DNA of 62,569 nucleotides, counting the filler, from Basidiobolus meristosporus CBS 931.73 (Eukaryota > Fungi > Basidiobolomycota): assembly GCA_002104905.1 (NCBI GenBank). It is 5 parts of 5 records of this genome, joined end to end, with 100 filler letters (N's around TTAATTAATTAA, not from the genome) between each part and the next. Parts side by side here need not be neighbours in the genome. Positions count along the whole stretch, not along the records: positions 41,747 to 53,951 come from MCFE01001250.1; positions 54,052 to 62,569 come from MCFE01001337.1; 3 more parts are not named here. One strand, 5' to 3'. Each line of letters starts with the position of its first letter. Within the stretch, counting starts at the first letter, position 1. This document shows, piece by piece, positions 51,539-62,569 of this stretch. Below the pieces are notes generated by a model that worked only from the letters and a program-made list of their open reading frames with translations, made no database searches and had not been told where the DNA came from. The position numbers were made by a program, and so were the translations under genes.

Positions 51539-53360
51539 CCTGAATAGCTGCTAAGAGAGGTGGGCTCGAGGCGATAAAAGCGGAAGGATAAGTAATGAGA
51601 GGGTAGAATTCTTTTATTCACCCGGTTCAAGCCCACCAAACCTCATCATACCTTAGTAATATTAGGAAAATCGGCGGGTAGAGTTCATACTATTAAGAGG
51701 ACAATCACTACCGGTTGCTCCAGAATTACGGGTTGGTATTGGTTGGAATATCCCACAGAGGGGCTCTAGAATATGGAAATGCCAGGACCCAATGATTAGC
51801 GAAGTATCGGATTAATTAATTTTCACAAATCATCGGTGAATATTGATGCAATTAAGCAGCGAGTCAAAGCAACCGCGATGGGCCATATCTTAGACGCATC
51901 TTCTCTAGCAGAATTCATGTTGTGAGACTGAAATACACCTATGAGTAGCGCGTTTTGGGTGGTTGTTGATGGTGGTGAGTGTGGTAGAGTATGGGCTTGT
52001 TCACTCGCATGTTGGTGATCAAATTGTACAGGGCAATTGTACAGGGCATTTATGCAAAACAGGCTGTAGTTAGAGGCTTATGCCTGATAAGCATGGAGAT
52101 ATCCATAACTAGGTATTGCCTATCATTTGTAGCTATTTGCAATAATTACAAGCCATCACTCCGATGAAAATAGGAGACTGGCTATGCCACAAATGGACAG
52201 CATCCCAAGCACACTTCAAATGACCATTCCAGTAATGTCACTCGTGGTTAGCCCGCACACAACCATCTTATGTTCTTGGAGCACCATTTGCCTGAAGACG
52301 GTAATGGCAGATTAAATGATTTGGGCAGGTTGTCAGAGACAAAGAATCGAACAAACTCTATTCTCATTACAAGAGGTTACACAATATATGTCCGGTGTAG
52401 TATATCAATACTATAGATAAAACAAGAGGAATTGGAGATGAAACGACCAAGTAACACATTGCCCCCAAAGGATTTCATTTGGATACAGATCTTGTGCAAT
52501 TTCATTAAAGCCAAAGGAATTAAGCGCACCTGAAGTACACAGTAAAACATACAGGCTGTACCATTCAGTACACTCATGCGAAAAGGAAAGAAAATGAATG
52601 AGATTGTGCTTTTCAAACTTGTCACATACCTTGATGCGCCTAGGATTTGTCCACACTACGCTTTTCAGGTGGCCAATCACAGGAGAGGTTGGCCCACCGA
52701 TTTGATTACGCTTAATTATGTCCCAATTGGGCTTTTAGCAATCCTTAATATCATCGAGGAGATTGAATTGGTCAATCTTATTTATTTAAGGAAAGCGTAA
52801 ACAAAACTCGATGTTGGCTAACTGGGGAATGGTGCTTGGGGGACAGGTTTAGAGAAGCGTTAGCACTAAAAGCCACACACCAGGCGACGAGGAAGAGAGA
52901 GGCGTGCATACTTGCTGTGGACTAGGGTTTTTGTTGGCAGCTTCCCCGGATTGACTAGATTGAAATTTTCTTTTCATTAAATATCCAATTTTAAGGTACT
53001 CGAGTTGGCAGTGAATGGGTGATAATTAGTGACCCCACTTATCATAGGTCATGAGAATGGTAATATTCCCTTGATGTCGAGATCCATCAGGCTTTAATAT
53101 TTACGAGTGAATCACGCACCTGACTCTGTTGCAAGCTTGTGCACAACTTGCAAGATTTCTTTTCCTTTTCCCTTTCCCTTTCCCTTCTTTTTTACTTAGG
53201 GTGTCGGAGCATACTTTGTGCATTTTGGTTCTTTTCTAACTTTCGTTTGGGGCCCATTTCTTCGCCCCCCGCTTTTGTCTTTTCTATCCAAAAGGTGTTC
53301 CTTTTTAGCCCTCGACCGCCCTTTTCTTATTATTTATCACCTAATGACTTCACTGGGAGT

Positions 53361-53951
53361 ATGAACAGTGCTCGATTTTCCTGTCTGGATACGAAGAAAT
53401 CCCAGGAGGTTGTAGATAAGGCTCGAGCGGACCAACAGTTGAAAATACAACAGGCCGCTCAAGAGTTTCTCGAGTCAGTCCTCGGGCACCCACTTCCCCA
53501 CGGTGACCTTCACCAATCCCTACGTGATGCGTTTTGTTGTGCGAGTAAGAATGAAGTGTTTACTTTCGCTCTTTTCGACGGTCTACTTATCCCGCAAAAT
53601 TAGAATGTTGAACAAGCTCAAACCAGACGCAATCCCACAAGTCAGTACGAAAAGATGCTTCCTTTTCAGGTTAGAAATTGCTCTCCCCCGCACTTCTCTT
53701 CCACGTGCACGTCTCAAAAATTGCCAGGGTTCGTTAACGCTCCTTGAAATAGATGCAGAACATTTCCCACTTTTTGGAAGCGTGTAGCAAACTAGGTTTG
53801 CAGAAATTCGATCTTTTCGAGACGGTGGACTTATACGAGAAAAAGAACATGCCCAGGGTGAGTTGGTTGACGGTCTCTGGTCCACTGGCCAGACCAAACT
53901 TATTGAACCTTGCTTCCTTCCACCAGGTTATCTTTACCATCCTTAGCATCG
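53361..53951 (+). CDS. Calponin-homology (CH) domain protein, 5' fragment with two apparent homopolymer frameshifts
   Basis: AAQEFLESVLG...DLHQSLRD(G)VLLC, MLNKLKP and MQNISHFLEACSKLGLQKFDLFETVDLYEKKNMPR|VIFTILSI. Three GT-AG introns; cut by the gap. Confidence 0.8.
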
Positions 53952-54051
53952 NNNNNNNNNNNNNNNNNNNNNNNNNNNNNNNNNNNNNNNNNNNNTTAAT
54001 TAATTAANNNNNNNNNNNNNNNNNNNNNNNNNNNNNNNNNNNNNNNNNNNN
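53952..54051. other. Artificial contig spacer 4
   Basis: N44-TTAATTAATTAA-N44. Confidence 0.98.
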
Positions 54052-55723
54052 ACATCCAGCCAAACAGGAATCAGTATTCTAAAACCTGTGTAACATAGGG
54101 ATACCATATATGGTATGGAAATGGTAGGGTTGGTGACACGGGTTGATCATGTGTCAAGGGTACTGGTACCTGCCTAATATAGAAGCACTTATAGCTAGTA
54201 ATCTTACATAAAGTGAGGGGTAACTTATGCAATATGGTAAGCAGGTGTGATAGTCAACCAGTGTATGGGATAGTACTGATTGGGTAAAACAAATGGGATA
54301 AAACTAAAATGAGTGTAGTAGAGATATAGGGAAGTAGAAAATATGGGAATGAACACATCTGTCAGTGGGTGTTGCTGTCACCCCACTACATTGTCATGCA
54401 GCTAGCAGCATATCATCCAGAGAATGACCTGATTCCAGCATGTGTTAACAGTTGCATGGCATCCACATCCAACAATGCTACCATTGCAATGTGTCCAAAT
54501 TGTCAGGAATCCACTACCGTTAAGGGAAAACATTGTTCCCATTCCACATATATTTTGGTAATACCCCATCTAAAGATGCTAATGTAGTCCAACAAATATT
54601 GCTAAGCTATACAGTACTGCACTCAGTAGACTTGTTCTGTTGGCCAATCCCATTAGTTTTCATATATATTTCATATAAGACCTTGTTGATGCCAATACAC
54701 TACTGTATAAGTATCCAAACTCTTTACTATGGTCCCTACACCAAGTCTCAACTCATCTTTAGTACAACCAAGACAAAACTCATCCCCCAGCTGACAAGCA
54801 TGGTCCAGACCAGGGAAGTTGATGTTGGATCCATTTGAGTTCTTGCCAATTGATTTGAGTATGGTCCAAGTGTCTATGATAAGCCTTCATACAGATATTT
54901 GAGCACTACTCATTAATCTAGCAGAGCTAGATACCTCAGAGAGTCAACAGAGATGGAAGAACCTGAGTAGAAAGCTGTGGCATGAGTTCTACATCAAGAT
55001 GCCAGCTGACGTATGTACAAAGATATATACCAAGACAAGTTTTGAAATTGAGAATGAGCTGAGAGTGAGGGGATTTGATGAGGAAGCTACATGGGAACAA
55101 TTTTATGTCCAATTTACTCAGTATAGGCCTGGCGCGTCCATGCATTCCTCAACTTTGGGAACCAAAGAGATTGGAACAAGTTTTGGACTAAAATGACTAA
55201 TATACTATGTGATATATTAGTAGAGCTAAGTGGCTTCTGAGAGCAGTATACACAGGACTCATCCAGGCAATAGTTCCAAAATATCAGACAGAGGGTAAGT
55301 GAACACCTTGAGGAATCAAAAGGTGAGCTTCAAGAGGAAGAGTGCAGACTGCAAGCAACAGCATCCAGATTGCACCAGCACACCTTGCTTGATTCCTTGG
55401 AATCCCTTGCAACTTTAGCGTGCCAGCATATTTCAGTCCAACCTATGTCAACACCCTTCACAAGAGCACCCCCCATTGAGTCAACATGCATTCTTCTGAG
55501 CAAACCACCAGAACTTGCCCAACTGCTCATTTAGACACAAGTCCATTTGAGTGGGCCAAGTTGCATCAGCAAGCAGAAATACATTGAACTCAGCCAAGGG
55601 TCATGCTGGTGCACCAAGTCACACCTGTGTGTGCCATTACACCTGACCATCAGCAAGTTACTTCTGGTGAGCTGACTGATGATGACCCATATGAAGTGCC
55701 TTCACCACCAGAGCCTTTAACAA

Positions 55724-56690
55724 GTAAAAGAACACCTCTGCATATAGCACTGCAGGCTGGTTCAGTAGCATCATCTGGAGCAATTAAGCACAGCCAAGCT
55801 GCAGCATTGCACTCATCAACTGGGTGGCAAAATACTGACTACTAATACTCAAGTATCCAAGATGATAGTCAACAAGAAAGCAGTTTAGGTGTGCAAGGTG
55901 AATTGCTACCAAATGCTACAGTAGTAGTCCCTGTGAGAAAAAAATCTAGAAGATGATGCAATTGCATTGAATTGCTATTTTTTGTTGTGATCTAAACAAC
56001 ACATCCAAATCAAGCCATTGCAAATTTGAGGTCACTAAATCTTTGATATAAGTAATATCAAGATTGTCTCACATTCAAGACAGAACCCCTATAAATAAGC
56101 ACCCTGCATATATAGACATCATCTGTAACACCAGTGCAGCCATTTGATCTGTTTTGCACCTATTTGATTGGTTGCATGCTAGCTTTGACCATGTCCAATC
56201 ACTAGGATCAGGGATTTACTTGCTCAAAGGGCTAAATGAGATATTTGATTACAAATTGGGTAGCTTGTTTATTGGTCAAAGAGCCAATTGGGGGCTGACC
56301 GCTTCAGGATACTTTTGGACCAATTAACCACTGAGATACCATCCATTAGGAGTGATGGTAACCAAAATGGTAAGTATCAGTGTAGTTTATAGTGTGATAC
56401 TCATTTACTTTCATTTACATTTAAGAAACATCTCCAAATCCCAGATTTTACCTGCCATATTAGCATTATCCAATTGTGCACATGATCCAAACATTTCAAG
56501 TTGATGCAATCATCTGTGCCAACCTCATTGTGTCAGATTATGCCATAGTGAGTGAGATTGTCCCACATAATGCAAAATTGTCCAAGAGCAATCCTGCCTA
56601 CTAGTAGCTACAATATTGCGCCTAATTATTCTTTGAGACCACAGATTGCACTGCACACCCTGGCGCAGTGTAATGGCTCAAATCTAGTAT
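55724..56690 (+). repeat. ~1-kb dispersed repeat, copy 2
   Basis: Colinear homology with 26596..27580; it lies directly upstream of a DNA-transposase relic. Confidence 0.9.
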
Positions 56691-56759
56691 CAATCAAGCG
56701 CAAACATATCCAATTTATTTGATGGCAAACATTATAAACAGTCAAGGAGCAAAGGCTAC

Positions 56760-57722
56760 TTTGAAGGTATGTATGACCACACCATTGCCTTAGCACTTGA
56801 TGGATTCTCATTAAACAAGCACTCTACCAGTAAATCCTGCTGGCCACTGATTCTCATCAATATGAATCATCCACCCATCTTATGGTATCAGAGCAATAAT
56901 CTACTGGTAGTCTCACTGGTATCTAGGCCTGAATCACCATGCAACCTAGATAGCTACCTGTACACATTGCTGGATGAATTTTGTTCTCTTTCCAGCAGGA
57001 TAACAGTATATGGCCATCATTTAAAAGCGCCTATTATTATCTGCATTGGAGATACCCCAGCCATCAGCAAGATAGCAGGTTTTTCTGGGCACAATGAATG
57101 GTATTGCTTTCCAATGTGTGAGATTCAGGGGATTTACTCCATAACCCACACACATTATTATTACCCAAACACCAGTACCAAGAAAATCATCTTCCCATAG
57201 AGAGAACATACAGAAGTCACCATGCAATTGCTGGAAAGTTGGGAAGCTTTAAGCCATTGGCCAGAATATGGAATCAATTGAAAACCAGTGATACTTAAGA
57301 TAGAGCATATCTGTTGGAGCAAAAGCTTTCCACTGGGAGCAATGCATTTGCTTTTCAATAATACCCTATCCTGATAACCACATTGTACATGGGGCATTTC
57401 AAGCTAAATGAGCCCTTAAAATACTGGAGAAATTTGAAAGAAATGGCAATATATTACACAGTATCTGCTACCCTAGGTACTTCTCAAGGCTCCAATCAAT
57501 ATTCATACTCATATGCAACAATACAAAAGTAAAGACTAGATGAACTGAATAGGTATTTATTCAGTGGCATTCTGCAGCCATTCCTAGCAAGAGTACATTG
57601 GAAGCATTGGGAGTCATATATGGACATTGTGGGGATACTTATTGAGAAGTGGATCACTAATGCCAACTTTACACATCTACAGCTGTTGTGCAAGGAGTTT
57701 GTGACAGGATTTGAGCAGCTAT
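56760..57722 (+). mobile_element. Decayed CMC/EnSpm(CACTA)-like DNA transposase, interrupted by a copia insertion
   Basis: IALALDGF...SCWPLILINMN, NLDSYLYTLLDEF, IGDTPAISKIAGFSGHN, and later HWKHWESY...CKEFVTGFEQL ending exactly at the LTR. These motifs are typical of fungal EnSpm-like transposases; stops and frameshifts are present. Confidence 0.7.
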
Positions 57723-58336
57723 TGTTGTAAGAGTCTTGGAGATATTGGAAGTGATTGGGAGAACAAGTAGATTATGTGGTTTTCACTTGATGATTTATTC
57801 AATGTAAAAGTAGTATTTATACTTTTACATGGTCTTGGCATAAAGCACACATAGCATAGGTTAAGGAAGGTCCCATGAGCATGTGTGCAAAGTTTGGGGC
57901 TGTTTGGACAACTTTGAGAAGCTTCATGTTCTGGGTACCTGATATTTTTGTGAAAGTATTCTAAGTAAATCCCAACAAGGAATTTGGTCCGCATTCTCTA
58001 GGATTTGAAGATAATAATCTGAGAGACTAAGTTAGGTGAATATTTAGGTGAAATTACAAATACTTACAACACTCTCACTCAGCTAAATGTTCATACTGAT
58101 TAGTCCTAATTTTAACCAAAGATATTCAAACTTGTCTCTAGCTAATGGTTTGGTAAACATGTCTGCAATCACTTCATCTGAAGGACTGTAAACTAAGCAA
58201 ACTAAGTCATTCTCTATAGCTTCACATATGTAATGCTGTGTATTATCTATGTGCTTAGTTCTAGCATGAAAAGTTGGATTTCTACCTAATTGTATACATC
58301 CTTGATTATCTTGAAATAAAGTAATAGGCATTTTTT
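57723..58336 (-). mobile_element. 3' end of an older copia element: RNase H tail, PPT and 3' LTR (57723..58071)
   Basis: Minus-strand PITLFQDNQGCIQLGRNPTFHARTKHID...IADMFTKPL, then gagtgagag and a 349-bp TG...CA LTR. Confidence 0.92.
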
Positions 58337-61300
58337 TGTTGTAAAAATTCGAATTTTCACCTAAATATTCACCTAACTTAGTCACTTAGATCATCACCTT
58401 CAAATCCTAGAGAATACTGACCAAATTCCTTGTCGGGATTTACTTAGAATATTTTCACCAAAATACCAGGTACCCAGAACATGAAAATTCTCAAAGTTGT
58501 CCAAACAGCCCCAAACTTTGCACACATGTTCTTGGGACCTTCCTTAACCTATTCTACGTGTTTGTAATGCCAAGACCATGTAAAAGTATAAATACTACTT
58601 TTACATTCAATAAATCATTAAGTGAAAACTACATAATCTACTTGTTCTCCAAATCACTTCCAATATCTCCAAGACTCTTACAACAGGTTATGAGCCCCAA
58701 GCAGTCACTCTCTGCAATGTCTACTGCTGCTATTACTGGAATTTTTCCCTCTGCTGAAAAGTTGGATGGATCTAACTACCAAGTGTGGAAGGTGAAGATG
58801 AAGATGCTGCTACAAGAAAGAGGCCTTTGGGATATTGTCATGGGAGAAGAATGCCCTCCAAAAAACGTGGGAGAGGAAGCCTTAAAGTACCAGAAGAAAG
58901 AACAAAGTGCCTTTAACTGCATTTGCCTTAATGTCAAGGACAAATTGCTAATTCAATGCTCAAGAGCAAAAACGGCAAAGAATGCCTGGAAGGCATTAGA
59001 AGACACCTACCAGTCATGTTCAGCTGCCAAGAAAATGTATCTGAGAAGAAAATTCTTTACTACAAAGATGCTGCCAGGAGAAGAAATGAAAAATCTAATT
59101 AACAGAATTACCCTGCTGGTAGATGAGATGGAATCTGTGGGCGTACCAACTACTAATGAGGATGTGATAGTTACCATCCTGAATAGCCTGACAGACAAGT
59201 TTCAGGGCCTTGTATCAGCCCTAGAGTCCAGAACTGAAGATTTGACCTTAAATTACGTATATGGAAGGCTCCTGGATGAAGAATTAAGAAAATCAAGCGC
59301 CAATAAGAAGGAAGAAGAAAATGCTTTAATAAGCAATGATAACCAACAAAGGAGGTACCCAAGACCCTACAAAGGCAACAGCAACCTATTTTGCAACTAC
59401 TGCAAAAGGAAAGGACACACATCAGACCGGTGTCTCAAAAAGAGAGATTATCAGCAAAAGAAGCCTGAATATGGAAATGCTGCAACAACTGAAGATAGAC
59501 TACTCATATCTGCACTAAATATGACCACAAACAAGGATTCTCAGACGTGGTATATTGACTCTGGAGCTTCTCAACACTTTACACACCAAAAAGAACTTTT
59601 TACCCAATATCAAGAAATTCCAATTAAGAAGGTTTTCATGGGTGACGATAAAACACTTGATGCAGTGGGAGAAGGAACTATCCAAGTAAACCTTAGAAGC
59701 AGTGAAGGAAGCCATACACTGACCTTTAAAGAAGTACTCTATGTACCAGAAATAGCCAAGAACCTACTCTCTGTAAGCAAGGCCACAGCAGAAGGACTCA
59801 GTTTCAGTTTTAACAATTCTGGATGCAGGATCACTGATCAAAATGGTGCTCATATTGCTTCAGGCATCAGAGATCAGAATCTATACAAGTTGACTTATAT
59901 TCCATCATATCTGGAAGCCATTATAAGTAACTTAAATGAAGAAACACCAATGCTTTGGCACAGGAGATTTGGGCACATCAATTTTGATTATTTGTGTAAA
60001 ATGATCAAAGATCAGTTAATTTCTGGAGTGAAAATTGATCCCCCAGCTAATTTGGAGCACTGTGAAGCCTGCATATATGGGAAACAAGCCAGACAACCGT
60101 TCAAGAGCTCTGGGTTAATCAAAACTAAGAAAAAATTAGATCTAATTCACTCAGATCTGTGTGGACCTATGCAAAATTTATCCTTAGGCGGGATGAAGTA
60201 TTTGATCACTTTTATTGATGATTATACAAGATACACATGGGTCTACTTCATGGAGAGAAAGGAAGAAGCTCTGTCTAAGCTCAGGGAGTTTAAAGCCATG
60301 GTGGAGAGAGAAACTGGTGAAAAAATCAAGAAAATACGCTCTGACAATGGTGGAGAATATACCTCAAAACTCTTCATCCACTTCTGCAAAATTCATGGGA
60401 TAAAGCAAGAGACTACTGTACCATACTCCCCACAGCAAAATGGAGTAGCAGAACGAGCTAACAGATCAATAATTGATATGGCAAGATCTATCATCCATGA
60501 TCAAAAATTATCCTATGATTTTTGGGCAGAATCAGTTGCCACTGCTGTATACCTTAAAAATAGGAGTTATAACAGAATACTTCGTGATTCTACTCCATTT
60601 GAAGCATGGTATGGATACAGACCAAGTGCAGAACATCTAAGAATATTTGGGTGTACAGCACATGCCAAAAAACTGGCCGGAAATCAGTCAAAATTTGAGC
60701 CAAAAAGTGTAAAATGCATATTTTTGGGCTACTGCAATGAGAGTAAGGCATACAGACTCTACAATACCAAAGCAAAGAAGCTTATCAAGTCCAGGGATGT
60801 GTTGTTTGATGAAAATTCAAAATTTTCACAAAAAATGACATCAGATGATGACGAAAATTTGATCTCAAGTCCACCAATTGTCAGGATTGAATCAGAGCAA
60901 AACAATGAAAACTTTTTCACTCCAGAGGACTCTACAACCGTGGTTCAGCCAGAATCAGTGCCCAGGAATATCCCAGAAGTGATCATTCCAGTATCAAATG
61001 CCCGGAGATCCAATCGGACAAGAAATAGCCCAAATTACTATATCAATGAGGGCACAAACTTAGCCTATGCCTATTCAGTCCATATTGATGAACCCCAGAC
61101 TGTAAAAGAGGCCCTAAATAGCCCTCAGACGAAGTTTTGGAGATCTGCAATGACTGAGGAATATCAGGCACTGATGGAAAATCAAACTTGGGACTTAGTC
61201 AAATTACCAATCAACCAAAAATCAATTGGATGCAGATGGGTCTTCAAGACAAAATACAAGGCTGATGGTACAATTGAAAGATACAAAGCAAGACTTGTAG

Positions 61301-62569
61301 CCAAAGGATACTCTCAAACAAAAGGACTTGACTATACTGAGACCTTTGCACCGGTAGCCAAGTTTAATTCCATCAGATTAATATTGGCTATTGCAGCCAA
61401 ATATAAGTTTTTTATTCATCAAATGGATGTAAAAACTGCATTTTTGAATGGAGAACTTGATGAGGACGTGTATATGGACCAGCCTGATGGGTTTGTTGAC
61501 CAAGATAACCCCCATTTGGTCTGCAAGCTTAAAAAGTCACTATATGGTCTCAAACAATCACCGAGAGCCTGGAATTGCAAGATAGATTCTTATTTGGAAT
61601 CTTTGAGTTTCAAAAGGAGTAATGCTGACTATAGTATATACTATAAGCCAGATAGAGCAAATCCAGTTCTATTAGCTCTATATGTGGATGATCTTATTAT
61701 AGCCGCCAATAACCTAGAAACATTGGAAGAGACTAAATCCAGCCTATCTAAGGAGTTCAAGATGTCCGATCTAGGAGAACTTAGTTACTACTTAGGGATT
61801 AAGTTCTCCATAGACAGAAGTACCCAGACTATTACCCTAAGCCAATCCAAGTATATTCAAGATATACTAAAGAAGTACCAAATGGAAGACTGTAAACCGG
61901 CAGCTACCCCAATGGAGACAAACCTTAACTTGGTCAAAACTCAACCAAATCAAGAGAGCTTGGTGCCATCTGAAAGCCCTGACTTTCCTTACCAATCTAT
62001 GGTGGCAGTTGGATATATATCATGCTTGGAGCATATCCAGATATTTCATACTCAGTGGGAGTTGTCAGCCAACATAATCAGAATTATGGATCTGATCATA
62101 TTGCAGCAGTTAAGCGGATTTTTAGATACCTAAAAGGAACTGCTGATATCTGCTTAAGATACACTTATAAGGATTCAGAACAGGATCTTGTGGGATACTC
62201 TGATGCTGATTGGGGACGAAATTTAGAAGACAGAAGATCCACCACAGGATACACCTTTCTTTACTGTAAAGGAGCCATTTCATGGAATTCAAGAAAGCAA
62301 CCAACCGTAGCACTTTCTACTACAGAGGCAGAGTATATGGCAGCCTGTGAAGCTACAAAAGAAGCAATGTGGTTAAGAAAGCTCTTTACAGATTTAGGCC
62401 TATGTCAAAAAACGCCTATTACTTTATTTCAAGATAATCAAGGATGTATACAATTAGGTAGAAATCCAACTTTTCATGCTAGAACCAAGCACATAGATAT
62501 TAGACATCATTTCATACGTGAAGCTATAGAGAATAACTTAGTTAGCTTAGTTAGCTTAGTTTACTGTCC
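58337..62569 (+). mobile_element. Young Ty1/copia retrotransposon: 5' LTR 58337..58685, PBS, single gag-pol ORF from ATG 58717; 3' end outside the window
   Basis: CCHC knuckle CNYCKRKGHTSDRC, protease WYIDSGAS, HHCC, integrase SDLCGP/SDNGGEY/NGVAER, RT QMDVKTAFLNG/LYVDD, RNase H GYSDADWG/EAEYMA/DNQG. One 1-nt frameshift near 62004. Confidence 0.97.
58686..58697 (+). promoter_or_regulatory. Primer-binding site complementary to the anticodon stem-loop of initiator tRNA-Met
   Basis: GGTTATGAGCCC directly follows the LTR end (..acaaca). It is the reverse complement of GGGCUCAUAACC in eukaryotic tRNA-iMet. Confidence 0.85.

Noticed and set aside
54900-55200. Gag-like peptide (LWHEFY...ATWEQFYVQF)
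   Set aside because: Weak resemblance only, with no adjacent protease or RT motifs recognised.
62538-62561. 9-bp in-frame duplication (ttagttagc) in the young copia RNase H tail
   Set aside because: Real relative to the other copies, but a trivial slippage or end-of-contig event.
1-62569. tRNA, rRNA or CRISPR arrays
   Set aside because: No cloverleaf with A/B boxes, no rRNA-like sequence and no regularly spaced repeat-spacer array was seen by eye. A tRNAscan-SE or Infernal run would be needed to exclude small ncRNAs.

Overview
Eukaryotic DNA, very probably from an early-diverging fungus. Short GT-AG introns, fungal-type genes and the absence of any prokaryotic organisation support this; a Basidiobolus-like Zoopagomycete is my inference, not a demonstrated identity. 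The window is five contigs joined by four identical artificial 100-nt spacers (N44-TTAATTAATTAA-N44). It contains an ABCB/MDR transporter and a housekeeping block (RWD/Gir2, aldo-keto reductase, PUF6, mitochondrial uL11, RFA1, a DHHC palmitoyltransferase, RIO1 and a Cdc25 fragment). A duplication-rich catabolic block spans 33.6-49.5 kb: two nucleoside hydrolases, two amino-acid transporters, two divergent uricases and three near-identical PEP carboxykinases. A decayed head-to-head copy of the uricase pair lies at 4.2-5.5 kb. There is also an EBP sterol isomerase, a calponin-homology gene fragment, and an intronless secreted protein with a bacterial-type DUF3472-like domain fused to a hevein chitin-binding module. 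Transposon-rich, CpG-poor tracts hold five LTRs of one Ty1/copia family, including a young near-intact element with a half-tRNA-iMet primer site nested inside older elements. The two strongest leads are the putative purine/urate-plus-gluconeogenesis gene cluster and the DUF3472-CBM18 chimeric secreted protein.
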